Part shown: in pieces, positions 31,909-32,000 of the stretch
How positions within the stretch are numbered: position 1 is the first letter of the stretch
Layout: each line of letters starts with the position of its first letter
Assembly (NCBI GenBank): GCA_016845175.1
Contig: JAERTD010000086.1
Location: forward strand, 1 to 32,000
DNA: 32,000 bases
Source of the DNA: Bacteroidota bacterium
Lineage (GTDB): Bacteria; Bacteroidota; Bacteroidia; Bacteroidales; F082
Direction of reading: 5' to 3'
Translations under genes and position numbers: made by a program
Notes under the pieces: model-generated
What the model saw: the letters and a program-made list of their open reading frames with translations, nothing else
Databases searched by the model: none
Told to the model about the DNA's origin: nothing

Positions 31909-32000
31909 ATGATTGATTTTTCCTTAGAACCCAAACAGATTGAATTACGAGAAAAAGTTAAGGATTTTGCAGACAATTATATGCGACCAAATGCCAGGAA
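31909..32000 (+). CDS. Probable acyl-CoA dehydrogenase (only the first 30 codons; 3' end truncated by window edge)
   Basis: MIDFSLEPKQIELREKVKDFADNYMRPNAR resembles the usual ACAD N-terminus (M.F.L.eeq..lr..vr.Fa...i.P.a). This is too short to be certain. Confidence 0.5.
   Translation, partial: MIDFSLEPKQIELREKVKDFADNYMRPNAR

Overview
This is a chromosomal segment that looks like Bacteroidota. Evidence for that: a T9SS (type IX secretion) C-terminal sorting domain, recurring TAnnTTTG -7 promoter boxes 20-100 nt upstream of start codons, signal peptides ending in ..AQ/..SQ, and a 7TMR-DISM sensor kinase. I support 21 CDS, two of them cut by the window edges. In order they are: prmA (5' partial), a 1529-aa orphan envelope protein, plsY, an exported isochorismatase-family hydrolase, and a DEAD-box helicase. 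Next comes a three-gene operon of a GH63-like glucosidase, a kinase/M23/phospho-lyase fusion and a LacZ-type GH2 beta-galactosidase. After that: a small lipoprotein, a 7TMR-DISM hybrid histidine kinase, a divergent orphan receiver, DPP4, and an SGLT-type Na+/sugar symporter. A four-gene overlapping minus-strand operon follows (class-III aminotransferase, agmatine-deiminase/PAD-like T9SS cargo, aat, guaD). The window ends with an SDR, a small acidic hypothetical, xerD and the 5' end of an acyl-CoA dehydrogenase. By eye I found no rRNA, tRNA, CRISPR array, transposase or obvious defence genes. The most interesting signal is the operon at 8589-16801. Two signal-peptide glycosidases (alpha-glucosidase-type GH63 and beta-galactosidase GH2) bracket, with TAA-N-ATG junctions, a cytoplasmic fusion of a hydroxylysine-kinase-like APH domain, an M23 domain with intact motifs and an AGXT2L-type phospho-lyase domain. 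That is the enzyme set needed to dismantle Glc-alpha1,2-Gal-beta-O-hydroxylysine, the collagen glycan-amino acid unit. A secreted DPP4 and an SGLT transporter lie nearby. This reading is an inference and has not been tested. Five ORF-track entries appear over-extended at the N-terminus and have been re-started.
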